A program made the translations under genes and the position numbers. Shown here piece by piece: positions 42,844 through 57,506 of a DNA stretch of 64,000 nt. How positions within the stretch are numbered: the stretch's first letter is position 1; every line of letters begins with the position of its first letter. The notes beneath the pieces were generated by a model that saw nothing but the letters and a program-made list of their open reading frames with translations, searched no databases and was not told the DNA's origin. The DNA is from Eledone cirrhosa (lineage: Eukaryota), in contig OZ024753.1 of assembly GCA_964016885.1 (NCBI GenBank), forward strand, positions 46,190,001 to 46,254,000. The letters run 5' to 3'.

Positions 42844-44218
42844 TAGACTGTCCTGGTATAACACTGTAGACTGTCCTGGTATAACACTGTAGACTGTCCT
42901 GGTATAACGTTGTAGACTGTCCTGGTATAACACTGTAGACTGTCCTGGTATAACACTGTAGACTGTCCTGGTATAACACTGTAGACTGTCCTGGTATAAC
43001 ACTGTAGACTGTCCTGGTATAACACTGTAGACTGTCCTGGTATAACACTGTAGACTGTCCTGGTATAACACTGTAGGCTGTCCTGGTATAACGTTGTAGA
43101 CTGTCCTGGTATAACACTGTAGACTGTCCTGGTATAACGTTGTAGACCGTCCTGGTATAACACTGTAGACTGTCCTGGTATAACACTGTAGACCGTCCTG
43201 GTATAACACTGTAGACTGTCCTGGTATAACACTGTAGACTGTCCTGGTATAACACTGTAGACTGTCCTGGTATAACGTTGTAGACCGTCCTGGTATAACA
43301 CTGTAGACTGTCCTGGTATAACACTGTAGACTGTCCTGGTATAACACTGTAGACTGTCCTGGTATAACGTTGTAGACCGTCCTGGTATAACACTGTAGAC
43401 TGTCCTGGTATAACACTGTAGACTGTCCTGGTATAACACTGTAGACTGTCCTGGTATAACACTGTAGACCGTCCTGGTATAACACTGTAGACTGTCCTGG
43501 TATAACACTGTAGACCGTCCTGGTATAACACTGTAGACCGTCCTGGTATAACACTGTAGACTGTCCTGGTATAACACTGTAGACTGTCCTGGTATAACAC
43601 TGTAGACTGTCCTGGTATAACACTGTAGACTGTCCTGGTATAACACTGTAGACTGTCCTGGTATAACACTGTAGACTGTCCTGGTATAACGTTGTAGACC
43701 GTCCTGGTATAACACTGTAGACCGTCCTGGTATAACACTGTAGACTGTCCTGGTATAACACTGTAGACTGTCCTGGTATAACACTGTAGACTGTCCTGGT
43801 ATAACACTGTAGACTGTCCTGGTATAACACTGTAGACTGTCCTGGTATAACACTGTAGACTGTCCTGGTATAACACTGTAGACTGTCCTGGTATAACGTT
43901 GTAGACCGTCCTGGTATAACACTGTAGACCGTCCTGGTATAACACTGTAGACTGTCCTGGTATAACACTGTAGACTGTCCTGGTATAACGTTGTAGACCG
44001 TCCTGGTATAACACTGTAGACCGTCCTGGTATAACACTGTAGACTGTCCTGGTATAACACTGTAGACTGTCCTGGTATAACACTGTAGACTGTCCTGGTA
44101 TAACACTGTAGACTGTCCTGGTATAACACTGTAGACTGTCCTGGTATAACGTTGTAGACCGTCCTGGTATAACACTGTAGACTGTCCTGGTATAACACTG
44201 TAGACTGTCCTGGTATAA
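42844..44218. repeat. 23-bp minisatellite, 59 full units plus a partial unit
   Basis: Unit TAGACTGTCCTGGTATAACACTG; first and last unit starts differ by 1357 bp = 59 x 23; variants AACGTTG and GACCGT. Confidence 0.97.
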
Positions 44219-44321
44219 AGTATCAAATTTGACCTACACAAGCTCAAAATCCCAGACCACAAAAATCTGTAAAGTAGACATAAATACTTTGTCAAACTGT
44301 TGTAGTTATGTCTCATTACTT

Positions 44322-44506
44322 ACGGTGGATTGGCAGTATCGGTAGAGGGTCGGACGCCATGCTTTGTAGTATAGTTACGTCCCTTTACGATCTGAGTTCA
44401 AATCCCGCCGAGGTTGACTTTGCCTTTCATCCTTACGGGGTCGATAAAATAAAGTACCAGTAATGCACTGGGTAATTGCTGGCCTTGTGCCTAAAGTAGA
44501 AACAAT
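44322..44506 (+). mobile_element. tRNA-derived SINE family 1, deleted-tail variant
   Basis: A-box-like TGGCAGTATCGGT, B box GAGTTCAAATCC, core gactttgcctttcatccttacggggtcgataaaataaagtaccag (recalls the Deu/Nin-type SINE domain), tail gctggccttgtgcc. Confidence 0.92.
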
Positions 44507-44538
44507 TACTTACAGGTCAATTTTCCCTCGACCACATA

Positions 44539-44618
<80 letters not shown>

Positions 44619-45786
44619 TCATACGTTCCATACCCCAAGTACCAGATAAAGTAACAAGGTTGATGTCATCGACTAAGATACACTGAAACTGTTGTTTAAA
44701 CCTGACTGAAACCAGTAAAACAATGACATAATTTATAGTAGAGAGTCACGCAGATAATTAGCATGTTGGTAACTCTAGTCTCCAGACTAACACAAACGGA
44801 ATTTCTAACTTACGAAATTCAATACAAAAATCATAAACTCAATATAATAAATAAATAAGGAGAAATATGAAATTTGCAGAATTAATTATTTTAAAAGAAA
44901 ATGTCTGCAATTTTATTGGTTGATTAAGTTGTGTTTTTTGAAAGATTAATTTTCAAGATTTTATTTCAAATCGAAATATCAGATTGTCGAGACATCTAAT
45001 TTGAGACGTAACATTAAATTAGATGGTGACATATTTTATGTATTATATGAGACAGAATTATAAGTAAATGAAACTGTAACATTTTAATATTTTACGCTAT
45101 AAGAGTTTGCAAATTAAATTTCTTGTAAAGTTTATGGGTTTTTTTTTTATTAATGTACTGTTAAATTATACATTCAATATACACGCACTCATTGGTGTAT
45201 GAGTATGTATACATGTATGTATGTATTTTCATTTCAAAAGACATGTATATATATTCCTATACATATATATTTATATATATATACACACATATATATATAC
45301 ATATATATTTATATATATATTTACATATATATATATATATATGTATGTAGGTATATGTATATATATGTGTGTGTGTGTGTGTATGTTTATGTGTTCATGT
45401 GTGTGTATTTAATGTGTCTCTGTGTGTGCTTGTGTATGTGTGTGTATATGTGTGTGTATAACAATAATGTTGATCAATATACAATAATATTGATGTGGTT
45501 GCCTAATAATCTCTCAATGAAAAATTGTTGCAAAACAAAAAACAGAAATTCCGAGCGTCCTCATAAAAGCTAATATTATTGAGATAACATATTTAATATC
45601 CCAGAAAGACATAAAATAAGGAATAAGAAGGGGAGAGTCAACATAATTAACTTATATTGGAATGGTAACTCATAATACTTAGAATCCTAGACAGACCAGT
45701 TTCTAGTCGATTGATACAATGTCAATTAACGTTATTAGATAAATAAATGACAAAGTTAAGATGTAATCTCACACACATTCTTTCTC

Positions 45787-45845
<59 letters not shown>

Positions 45846-45927
45846 CAGGGTGTCCCCAAAACAATATACATTCTGCAACAGCATCCTGTACAGGTAATCA
45901 AAGTATGTATACAATTTTGAGAACACC

Positions 45928-45930
<3 letters not shown>
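45846..45930. mobile_element. 85-bp Tc1/mariner-type MITE in (TA)n
   Basis: Imperfect terminal inverted repeats CAGGGTGTCCCCAAAA and TTTTGAGAACACCCTG, with TA on both sides. Confidence 0.8.
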
Positions 45931-45970
<40 letters not shown>

Positions 45971-46180
45971 TATTTAAATATACAGACATACATACAGACA
46001 CACACATGCTCATATATATATATATTTATATATATACGGTGTGAGAGATATATATCATAGATGTATATTTAGTTATATACATACATGCATACATATATGC
46101 ATGTTACCATATATAATACGCCACTGCATATTAGCTATCGATCACATCCATCTATAATTTATACTACAAGCAACGAAAGA

Positions 46181-46248
46181 ACTACTACTACTACTACTAC
46201 TACTACTGCTACTACTACTACTACTGCTACTACTACTACTACTACTAC
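46181..46248. repeat. (ACT)n microsatellite
   Basis: ACT run with two GCT interruptions. Confidence 0.9.
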
Positions 46249-46590
46249 AAGCTATACAGTTTATCAACTGAGGATGGTATATCTGTCATGAACATCAGAA
46301 GCTTTTCGTTAATATGAAGACGTTATTTAAATATGTTATAAAATACTTGACGAATTATACGATATAAATGGGGATAACTATGAAGATACTTGCAATTAAT
46401 TTTTATGATATCAAAATAATCCAAAATTCAAATATTACATGTAAAATATTTTACCCAAAACATGTATTTAAATAACAAATATACGTGGACATGAAATTAT
46501 AGACACCATAACAAAGAAAACAATATGGCTTTAGTTCCCCACATCACTTACTCTCTCTCTCTCTCTCACTCTCTCTCTTTCTCTATCATT

Positions 46591-46630
<40 letters not shown>

Positions 46631-47029
46631 CTTATCGGAGGAGGTAGTGAGTGTTACATTGATTAATGATCTTCCAGTTATATTTTTACTGATAATGAGG
46701 CAAGAGTAGAGATGATAGGTGCTAGAAAGCTGATCATTGTGGCTGTAACAGATGAAATATCGTAAATTGATTGATAGGCAATGAGTTCCACCCACGGGAA
46801 TCCTATGGTAATGGTGACGATGGTTATAATAGTGTGGACGATTGCTGAGTTTCTATTGAAGCTTGGCATCAGTGTAAATGGTTAATTCCCACGTCGAAAT
46901 ATAATCCATGCACTCCTATATAATTGGTACCACCATATATGTCACATCTCCATCTTGTACGCCCTATAGAGTCGTAGGATGACAGTACTGAGGTATTGTT
47001 TATGAATTTTAAACTTTACCTGCCATAAC

Positions 47030-47272
47030 AACTCTCCAATTCTGAACATATCTGATTTCTTCCAGAAAAGGAGGATGAGCCAGAAATAAAAAGATATAAA
47101 CAGATATAAAAGAGGAATCGACCACCCACAACATTGGGCTTGTACTGTTTTGTTGACCTAAAGCAATGAAAGGCAAAGTTGACCTTGGTGGAATTTGAAC
47201 TCAAAGTACAGAGAACCGGAACGAAACCGAACAGCATTAACTCCAAAAATCTAAAACTGCAAATTCGCCGCC
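47030..47272 (-). mobile_element. SINE family 1 with alternative 3' tail, diverged
   Basis: tgaacatatctgatttcttccagaaaagga...gaatcgacc...atgaaaggcaaagttgaccttggtggaatttgaactca...ttcgccgcc. Confidence 0.78.
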
Positions 47273-48024
47273 AGACTTTTATTTTACATAGAATATGTAA
47301 AATATAAAAAAATAAACCATATGTTAGAAAATTAGGGTTTCGTAGGCCCAAAATAAAGAGGGAACGCTCCAGTGAAATCAGAGGTGAAACAGATCAAAGA
47401 ACGACGGTCAGGAGGTAGCAGATGACAGACATAATGGACACTTTCGCCACCTCTGTTCGACCTTTCAGGGTTAGCTTACTCTTGGTTCATTTCTGGGTGA
47501 GAGTGGTCACACCGCTTGTTAATTCGTCAGAGTTTTTTCATAAAAATAAAAATAATAATAATCAAGAGACATAACAAGCTATGATAAGTGCTTTTCTCAA
47601 GCATTACACACAACATGTTCCAATAAAAGAACATGAGGAATCCTTAATCTAATATTCTGCCCATTCTGCTATAAGAGATTAGTGGACAAATAATAGGTAC
47701 AGTTCGTGATAGGGCATAATGTTAACGGTGAACCCTACAGTAACTAGCGTTGGGAATGAATAAATGAATAAAAATATTTTTTTTCTTTTTATATCTATGT
47801 GTGTGTGGGCGAAGGTTGTATGTGTATGGGTGTGTCTGTGTGTGTGTACATACATATGTTCATTCTTTCGGAAAATGCATTTCCTTTTCTTTTTCTTTTC
47901 TCTTGCCTTTAGCTAATTTATTCTTCAGAGTCTATGTAATATGTTGATGCAGGCTACATCCGGAAAAAAAGAAAGAATTTAGGTTTGGTGTATATAAGCA
48001 TAGTTTACATAGATACATACAGAC

Positions 48025-48058
<34 letters not shown>

Positions 48059-48087
48059 ATATGTGCATATATATATCCACACACATA

Positions 48088-48126
<39 letters not shown>

Positions 48127-48803
48127 TACACACTTACTTACATGCGTACGATAGTCCACCTTTTTTCTATTAATTGGTTGCTGTGAAACTGTACGTACGC
48201 CGATAGTCTCGCTATAGATTGTATATAGCTCAAACAAAAGTGGCAAACGCTATTTGTATTTCTAAAACGAATGCTTGAGACAACAACAACACCAACAGCA
48301 ACAACAACTACAACAGTGACATCAAAATCAATAAAACTAACAATACCAGCAGCAATAGTGCAAAACTAAAGAAAATATCTAAAATCTAAAAGGCAAACGA
48401 CAAACAGAAGGTGTGGAATTTACTATAAAAAGAAACATCAAAATATAGTGAACGTAGATAACATTACAATAGTTTTCACACTCTCTCCTCCTGTAACAAT
48501 TTAAATGTTATTGTGGTTTGCCTACAGGATCCAAAATACATCTAACAAAACTTCAGGCGGTTTTAATTCTCTTAGTTTTTTGTAGTTTTGGGTTTTTATC
48601 TTGTTTGCTTTCTTTCTTTTGGGTTTGTTTTTATCCGTTTTGTTCAACATTGAAAGCAATATCGTATCGTAGTGAATAGCCTCGTATTGAAAGAAAACCA
48701 AACTGCTAGTAACTTATAGTCTATGTTCTATATATGCATCTCCGTATGCACATGTTCACACATGCTTAATGCATATATATATATATGTTTACATATACAT
48801 ATA

Positions 48804-48865
<62 letters not shown>

Positions 48866-48962
48866 CATATACATGCATGTATATATCTGTATATATGCAG
48901 ATATATACATGCATACATATACATATATAAACGTATATACAGATATATATAGGTATATATAT

Positions 48963-49003
<41 letters not shown>

Positions 49004-50310
49004 TGGCTACATCCCATTTTCGAGAATTATCCCTTGATCTTTTTCTCATACATGTATGGCACGAACATGACTTGTCAGCCCTGACAAGATCTGAGATTTC
49101 TTTCTGAAGCGAAAGAAAAATGAAAAGCTACGCCCACGCAATACACACTCACACACATACACACACACTCACTAACATACACTTCCATACCATGCAAGAA
49201 ATAGGAACTAAATTTCCTTTAAATCACATCAGCCCAACATAAAGTGGATCATATCACTCTACAGTGGTTGATATCATATTAGAAACGTGTATATCTTTTA
49301 TTTTCATAGTATCTATTGTAGAGGCATTGGTATCACAACATCACAATACTAGGTATCGGACACCCAACTAGGAAGGCTTCGTAACATAGTTTAAAGTAGA
49401 GTTTATTGTTTGCATCGACTAATTCATAATAAATATTTCGTTGGATATATCCCAATGATAACGAAAGTGACAAGAGACTTACAAATGTGATCGTTCCGTA
49501 AAGCAATGTTATATATATATATATATATTGTACACATTTTCTCATAGTTTTAAGTGTCTACATTTTTTTTTTTACATTTTCTTGAGCCTACATTTTCTAA
49601 CATTACACCTCAATTAAAATCTCTGTTGCATATCATATAGGAAATTGGAAACATTTTTTCGTTATTCCACCGCCACAACTGTAGAGAGAATAAAACAATA
49701 CAACACATGAGGTAGAGAGAATGAAGCTTTATAAACAACATGATGCAGTAGAGAGAAGTTACATATAAATACAATACCAATATCCGGTTGAAACGTAGCT
49801 ATTTCTAATTAAACGGAAATATTCGATTTTGTTGCGGAAAGGGAAATTTTGCGTTGGATTTCACGTAGATTTCCAATTCATTATTTCCCAATCTATATAA
49901 AATCTTTAGTAAAAGAACAACCTCAGCCAACCGCTTGAAATTAATCGTTATTGTGTATTATCTATATGAAATATACGTAATTAAGTATAAAATTCCGTTA
50001 ATGTTAGATATGAAATCGATATTCAGTTTCAGTAAATAAGCAGATTAACAAAAAAATTGTTCGGAAGGTAAAAAGAAAAGTAAAAAAAAATATAAAATAA
50101 ATATTACTTTAGTAGTATCATTCATTCCTTCTTTCTTTCTATTTTTATTCTACTTTTACTTTTAGCTTATTCAGGAAGGAAACCTGTGCCTGTAATAATT
50201 TTCATAATTTAGGTATGAGAAACACAGGTCTAGAAAAGTGCTTCCTAAGAGGGTTCTGATGAAAAACACTGGCACAACTTTAATACGAGGAGCTTTCAAA
50301 TTGGCACAAA

Positions 50311-50560
50311 CACTGACTATTCTATGTACAGACTATTCTATGTACAGATGACCACTGACTATTCTATGTACAGATGACCACTGACTATTCTATGTACAGA
50401 TGACCACTGACTATTCTATGTACAGATGGCCACTGACTATTCTATGTACAGATGGCCACTGACTATTCTATGTACAGATGGCCACTGACTATTCTATGTA
50501 CAGATGGCCACTGACTATTCTATGTACAGATGGCCACTGACTATTCTATGTACAGATGGC
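50311..50560. repeat. 26-bp minisatellite, 8 full units plus 2 partial units
   Basis: Unit CACTGACTATTCTATGTACAGATG(A/G)C; full units from 50353 to 50560. Confidence 0.95.
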
Positions 50561-51579
50561 TACAACTGAAATAAACACAGTAAGTGGGACGTGGAGAATA
50601 TGTTTGTTAATTTTTTTAACTGCAGGAAAGGAAGTACTTATGATTGTTTCACAAGACCTCAAAAACCTGTTTTGGGCATGGGACGGCAAGAAGACAGCAA
50701 GAAACTGTGCGAAGGTTTGTCATAATTTGATCTCTGCAAAAGTTACCCAGAGAACCAGAATGATATCCCAGTAACTGTAGACAAAGGTTAACCCCAGGAA
50801 TAATATTTGAAATAAGGCTGATATTCACAGAAGTGAACATAGCCAACTCCCATCCTTCCCTCCACTACCTAGAAGAGACAGACAATGAAATCCTTTTTCT
50901 TTTTCAAAAATATAAAACAATAGCTGTTTGTTTCTCTGCCATAACGGAGCGTATTCCCTTTATTGATAAATAACTTATTTCATAGAACATTGAGTATGTT
51001 TTTTAAACGCTAGATTTTTAACCACATCTGATATATTTAAAAGAAAATGTTGCGCCAAAAATGCGCGTTACGTAATCTTTGCTGCAATGTTAAAAGTAGC
51101 AGGAGATGTTAGGCGGAACGATGAGCATGCAAGGAAGAAATATATTTCAGAGATAGATAGAAAGATAAATGGTACTTTTTCGCTTATGCCATTGCGCAGA
51201 ACAAAACATTTAGAGAATGAGGAGGTCACCTCAACTGATATTGAAAATGCTCCGATTAGTTGCGTTATTACGTATTGCTCGGCAGCGACGGCGACGCCAT
51301 CATACATGCATGTGAATAGTGCAGCAAATAATATATACAGTTAAAATATAATATGAGCATACACATACATATATATATACATATATATCGACATGCACTC
51401 GTGTGTTTACTCATAAGTCATCCCTCTTTATCTATCTCAATCTATTTAGCTATCCCCCTTATATCGATGTGTGTCCATCTATTTATTTCCGGGTATCTCT
51501 CTCTCTCGCTCTCTCTCTCTCTCATATATATATATAAACATATATATATACATTACATATATACATATATATACATTAC

Positions 51580-51636
<57 letters not shown>

Positions 51637-52488
51637 ATATATATGTATCTATATTGAAGTGGATGTGTTGTTTGCCAAATAATGTGTTTATATGGATAGG
51701 GTTAACAAATGTGCGTAGATCTTGAACAAAGTCAGATAAAATAACAGTGAGATAAATGGAAAGGGAAGAAACGTGGGCTGGGGTGGGGAGAATCAAGTTG
51801 GAAAATGAAAGTAGAAAGAGAAGCGGCGCGGGAAAAGGCGAGAGTTTAAAGATAGACGACAGACAGCTTGAGAGAGAGTAATAGATGGTGAGTGAGATTA
51901 AGAGAGAGGGAGCAAGAATGGGAAGGAGAGAGAGAGAGAGTTACATATGTAAGATATATCATCAGTTATGAAATTATATATTTGCCACGAGGAATCAGTA
52001 AAATTCTATTCTAATGCATTAATAAATTCATGGGTCTTTCCTCAGATGCACGCCGCATTTTAATGCATGATTGCGTGTGCATGTGCACTCTTTCTCTCAG
52101 TATGTGTATGTGTGTAAGAGTGGTAGTGTGTATGTATTTACAACTTTCTGCATGTTTATAAGCATTGTCGGTTATTTGTTTGTATGGTTGCGCAAATAGG
52201 TGTATGTGTGTGTGTGTGAATGTGTTAGTGTGTGTTTGCGTGAACATCTCTCTATACAATAATATGTAATATGTATATATGTATGTATACATGTGTGTAT
52301 TTGCAAATATATATATATATATATACACAAACTATACATAAATACATACATACGTGCGTATGTGCGTTGTAGTGAAAGATTAAGGTTTATTTTTCTGTTA
52401 TATATACTTACATATATGCAATCTATTTACAAGTTTATATACACGCTTATATAAGTAATTACATATTTATATCTATAACTATATATAT

Positions 52489-52547
<59 letters not shown>

Positions 52548-52900
52548 TAAATTGCTTGATAATCACATGCGTGCTGCAAGGGACTGCATAGCAACAGTAG
52601 GAATATAAAGCCCACCGCAGTGCAGCAAATTGTAACAGGCGCAATAGGAGCTAGGGAGATTGTTAAAATGTGCAATTTATCAAAACCAGGCAATGTTGGA
52701 ATGTTATATAATCCCAAATAGTGGGAGTTTTGGCTTAAAACAAACAAAGAAATAATCAAATAATCAAAGAGAAAATCAAGTAAGAGGCTTTCGATTTTGT
52801 TGCTATGGCGGGTTGGGATATGGTACCGCTAAAATTATTTATCAGTTCCTAAAATATTTATGTTGTATTTATCCCTTTTGGTCTAGTTTTATGTGTGTGT

Positions 52901-52955
<55 letters not shown>

Positions 52956-53015
52956 TGTGTGTGTGTGTGCACGTGTGTTTTCAAGCGCATACAGACGAAC
53001 ACATATACACATGTT

Positions 53016-53114
<99 letters not shown>

Positions 53115-53170
53115 GGTATTTCCGAAGTAAACCAAAGGAAAAAAAGAGTGCTCTATGTATAGAACAGAGC

Positions 53171-53337
53171 TATTTAATTAGAAAGTGAACAACACAATAT
53201 ATAGCTACTCCATTAGCAAAGGTTTCAGGACCCTAGACAAAATGAACGATCTAGACGTATATTAATATTGTCCAGGGTCCTGAAACCTTTGGTGATGGAT
53301 TGGTTATATATTGTGTTGTTCACTTTCTAATTAAATA
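53171..53337. mobile_element. Hairpin MITE-like element with imperfect arms of about 70 bp
   Basis: tatttaattagaaagtgaacaacacaatatata...aaaggtttcaggaccctagacaa / ttgtccagggtcctgaaaccttt...tatatattgtgttgttcactttctaattaaata. Confidence 0.85.
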
Positions 53338-53358
53338 AATATATATATAATGGTTTCT

Positions 53359-53412
<54 letters not shown>

Positions 53413-53435
53413 GGTTTCTGGTTTATATATATGTA

Positions 53436-53615
53436 TAATGGTTTCTGGTTTAGACACAAGGCCAGCATTTTGGAGGAGGGGGAAAGTCGATTAAATCGAT
53501 CACAGAGCGTGACTGGTACTTTATTTCATCGACCCCGTAAGGAGGAAAGGCAAAGCTAAACTCACGGTTGTAGCTCTCTATCGCGAAGCAGCGTGTATGA
53601 CGCTCCACCGCCTTA
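53436..53615 (-). mobile_element. tRNA-derived SINE family 1, full-tail variant with internal deletion
   Basis: gacacaaggccagcattttggaggagggggaaagtcgattaaatcga...gactggtactttatttcatcgaccccgtaagg...ccaccgcc. Confidence 0.85.
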
Positions 53616-54042
53616 ATAATAATAATTGTGAAGTTAATCATAATTCGTTTTAATCATAATCTGCCGTAGTACCATCAACAGAACTTCATCGTGTTGATGG
53701 TTGTGTGATGATAGCATTACGTAATCATAAACGCCACAGAAATATGTATTACGTTAGACTATGGTGGTATCCGATTCTTTCAACTGTGTAGTAACAAACT
53801 AATTTAGATAGATAGATACATAGATAGGAAGAGAGAAAGAGAGAGAGAGAGAGAGATCTAGTATGCTCAGGCGCAGTAACATCTTTTCCCGTCTCTAAGG
53901 GTATTTACCCAATCTTATATGGTATTTTATAGCCACTGACTCTACTTTTCCATTTTCTGCTTCTGAGCATACTACAGCTTCCATAAATATATTCTCTCAC
54001 CGCTTCGTAAGTTTGAAAGTTCGAGCTTTGCATACAATATTT

Positions 54043-54082
<40 letters not shown>

Positions 54083-55322
54083 CTCCGTCTTACATATTTC
54101 AGCAGCAAGCTACTGTTCAACACATCACTATCGTATGTCACCCATTTGTAAGATATGATATTAAACTAAACAGACCCTTGTACATATTTGATTACGTTAT
54201 AGATTATAAAAGACAGATTCCTATGTGACAATATTCAACATTCGCCCACTCCTAACATGTACCACCTCATTCTTGGTAAACATATGTTAAATAACTGAAT
54301 CGGTGTAATCTCAGCGGTCAGTGTCATGCTGACACTCCAGTTAGCCGATGTCAGTATTTGAACTATGATATTGGGTATCGTAATACAACTCTGTATCGAT
54401 CCTATTCGGTTGGTTACTTCGATACCTTCTCAATTTACTGTTCTGTTTATAGGGAGTTATAATGTTGTTACAATTCTTCGACCAAACACTATATTTTGGA
54501 AATATGTGAGATTGTATCGGATGTTTTGCTTCAGCTGAGCGATTTATACCCTGGAGGGATGTAAAAACGTTACACAAATTCATTTTACTCCCTTATAAAT
54601 TGGTAACTTTATTGCGTCATGGAGATTACAATGGCTTGGAATATACAAATACATTCAGTATTCATGTATTTCTAGGCAAGTAACAAATTGTCTGGCAAAT
54701 TCATATACTTGGAATTCTTGCCAAAAACATATCGTATTTATGTTGAATTTCATAAACCATTGTGTATTTAGGGAACGACTGATGACTTCTATGTCATGTT
54801 CATTCTGTTTGCCTTCAATTTTACTCGGTTATTCCTCAGGAAATATAATGCTTCAACAGATAAATTGGATTTCGAAATTAGATGTTTCAATCCCCCCTTC
54901 ACTAAATGTCTCTTGCTTTGTATGACTGACTAAGATTTCCTTAGTGTCTTCACTTTATTCGCTTTCACTTTGAAAAATATCCTTTCATTTTATATAACTC
55001 TGTTTATAGATTTCTTTACGTTTGCTAATGTCACTAAAATGATTTGCTTGATAGTATGTAATATATTGGAGGAGAGAGAAAGAGTTACACTGATGCTACC
55101 TCTCACAACATACTGAATGGTTTTGTATTTTTTCCGGCTTTTTAACTTCAAATCCCGCCGGGCACAAGTTTGCCGTAACAACTATTTATATTTTTTTTTT
55201 ATATATATGCGTCTTCCATCTTGCACAGCATAAAGTGGACAAACCTGAAACTTTGCTGCAGATAAAACTATATAACATTTGTGTATAATTCTATAACTCT
55301 CTATCACTCTCACCGTCTCTCT

Positions 55323-55365
<43 letters not shown>

Positions 55366-55645
55366 TGACACGGAATGATATTACCAATTTAGGTGCCCTG
55401 TATTCGTATCCTCTGAACTCATGTCGGCCCATTATCTCCATCGATTGAAAATGAAAGACGGCCATGTATGCTAATGTGGAAACCTTGGCATGTTTGTTGT
55501 TCGAGATTGCCCCACCAGACGTACGTTTGCCCGGCGGCCTGGAGGTAATCCATGATACTAGAACTGAAACCATAGTCGGACTCACCAAACTCGATCTTTC
55601 TTTCTAATCAGTGTACATATGCCATACGACAAGAAACAGGTAAAC

Positions 55646-55690
<45 letters not shown>

Positions 55691-55957
55691 TCACCCAACA
55701 GAGAATATATTAAATCGTGTAAACACGATGTTTAGGTAGAAATATCTTGAAAATAACCTATAAACTATTCAAGCTGTTATCATGCGATCTTATAATTATG
55801 TCTTGCTTCTAGTAAAGAATATGAATTTACTATTTCATTAGTTTGACAACGGTGAACACCCAGAAGCAATTTACTAAAGTGATTGGATTGAATTGCAGCT
55901 TTATTTTTTCTCTTTAGTTCTGTTCATATGTATAGTCTTTTCGATTTATTCTACGAA

Positions 55958-55960
<3 letters not shown>

Positions 55961-56044
<84 letters not shown>

Positions 56045-56213
56045 CATATATATATATATATGTACAGGTATATATATATATAAATATATATATATACATA
56101 TATATATATAAATATATATATGTACATATATATATATAAATATATATATATAAATATAAATATATATAAATATATATATATATATAAATATATATATGTA
56201 CATATATATAAAT

Positions 56214-56264
<51 letters not shown>

Positions 56265-56347
56265 AATATATATATGTACATATATATATATATAAATATA
56301 TATATGTACATATATATATATATAAATATAAATATATATATGTACAT

Positions 56348-56380
<33 letters not shown>

Positions 56381-56577
56381 AATATATATATGTACATATA
56401 TATATATATAAATATAAATATATACATATATATATATAAATATATATATATATAAATATATATATGTACATATATATATATATATAAATATAAATATATA
56501 CATATATATATATAAATATATATATATATAAATATATATATGTACATATATATATATATATAAATATAAATATATAC

Positions 56578-56608
<31 letters not shown>

Positions 56609-56761
56609 AATATATATATGTACATATATATATATATATAAATATAAATATATATATGTACATATATATATAAATATATATATATATATAAATATATATA
56701 TGTACATATATATATATATAAGTATATATATATATAAATATATATATATATAAATATATAT

Positions 56762-56810
<49 letters not shown>

Positions 56811-57067
56811 TATATAAATATATATATATATATAAATATATATATAAATATATATATATAAATATATATATAAATATATATATATATAAATATATATATA
56901 TAAATATATATATATAAATATATATGTATATAAATATATATATAAATATATATATATATATAAATATATATATAAATATATATATAAATATATATATATA
57001 TAAATATATATATATATAAATATAAATATAAATATATATATAAATATATATATATATAAATATATAT

Positions 57068-57140
<73 letters not shown>

Positions 57141-57288
57141 AATATATATATATAAATATATATATAAATATATATATAAATATATATATAAATATATATA
57201 TATAAATAAATATATATATATAATTATATTTATAAATATATATATATATAAATATATATATAAATATATATATATATATAAATATATA
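55961..57288. repeat. (TA)n-derived satellite of about 1.3 kb with TAAA and TGTACA interruptions
   Basis: Direct reading; TGTACA units confined to the left part, TAAA-only to the right. Confidence 0.95.
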
Positions 57289-57506
57289 GCGGCGATGAAT
57301 TAGTTTTGCGAGGTTTTTTATATGAAATCGTGTGTCGAAACAGATATTGTTATATTTGGGTCAGTCAATGGCAACATTGAGGACCGAGTAAGTTAGATCG
57401 CAGATATATATAAAAGACAGCGAGAAGCGAAAACCAACCAAACAGTGAGTGTGTTCTGTTATTAATTCTGGCAATATTACGCAAATATGACCCTCCCCAA
57501 ATATAA
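57289..57506. mobile_element. Internally deleted copy of the 29.2-29.6 kb foldback element
   Basis: 57299-57360 is the reverse complement of about 29592-29653; 57361-57506 matches 29461-29602. Confidence 0.9.

Noticed and set aside
42844-44218. CRISPR-like array
   Set aside because: Units are head-to-tail with no unique spacers, there are no cas genes, and the context is eukaryotic
50615-50720. Possible exon (ctgcag ... aag/gtttgt)
   Set aside because: Weak splice signals, no recognisable peptide and no partner exons
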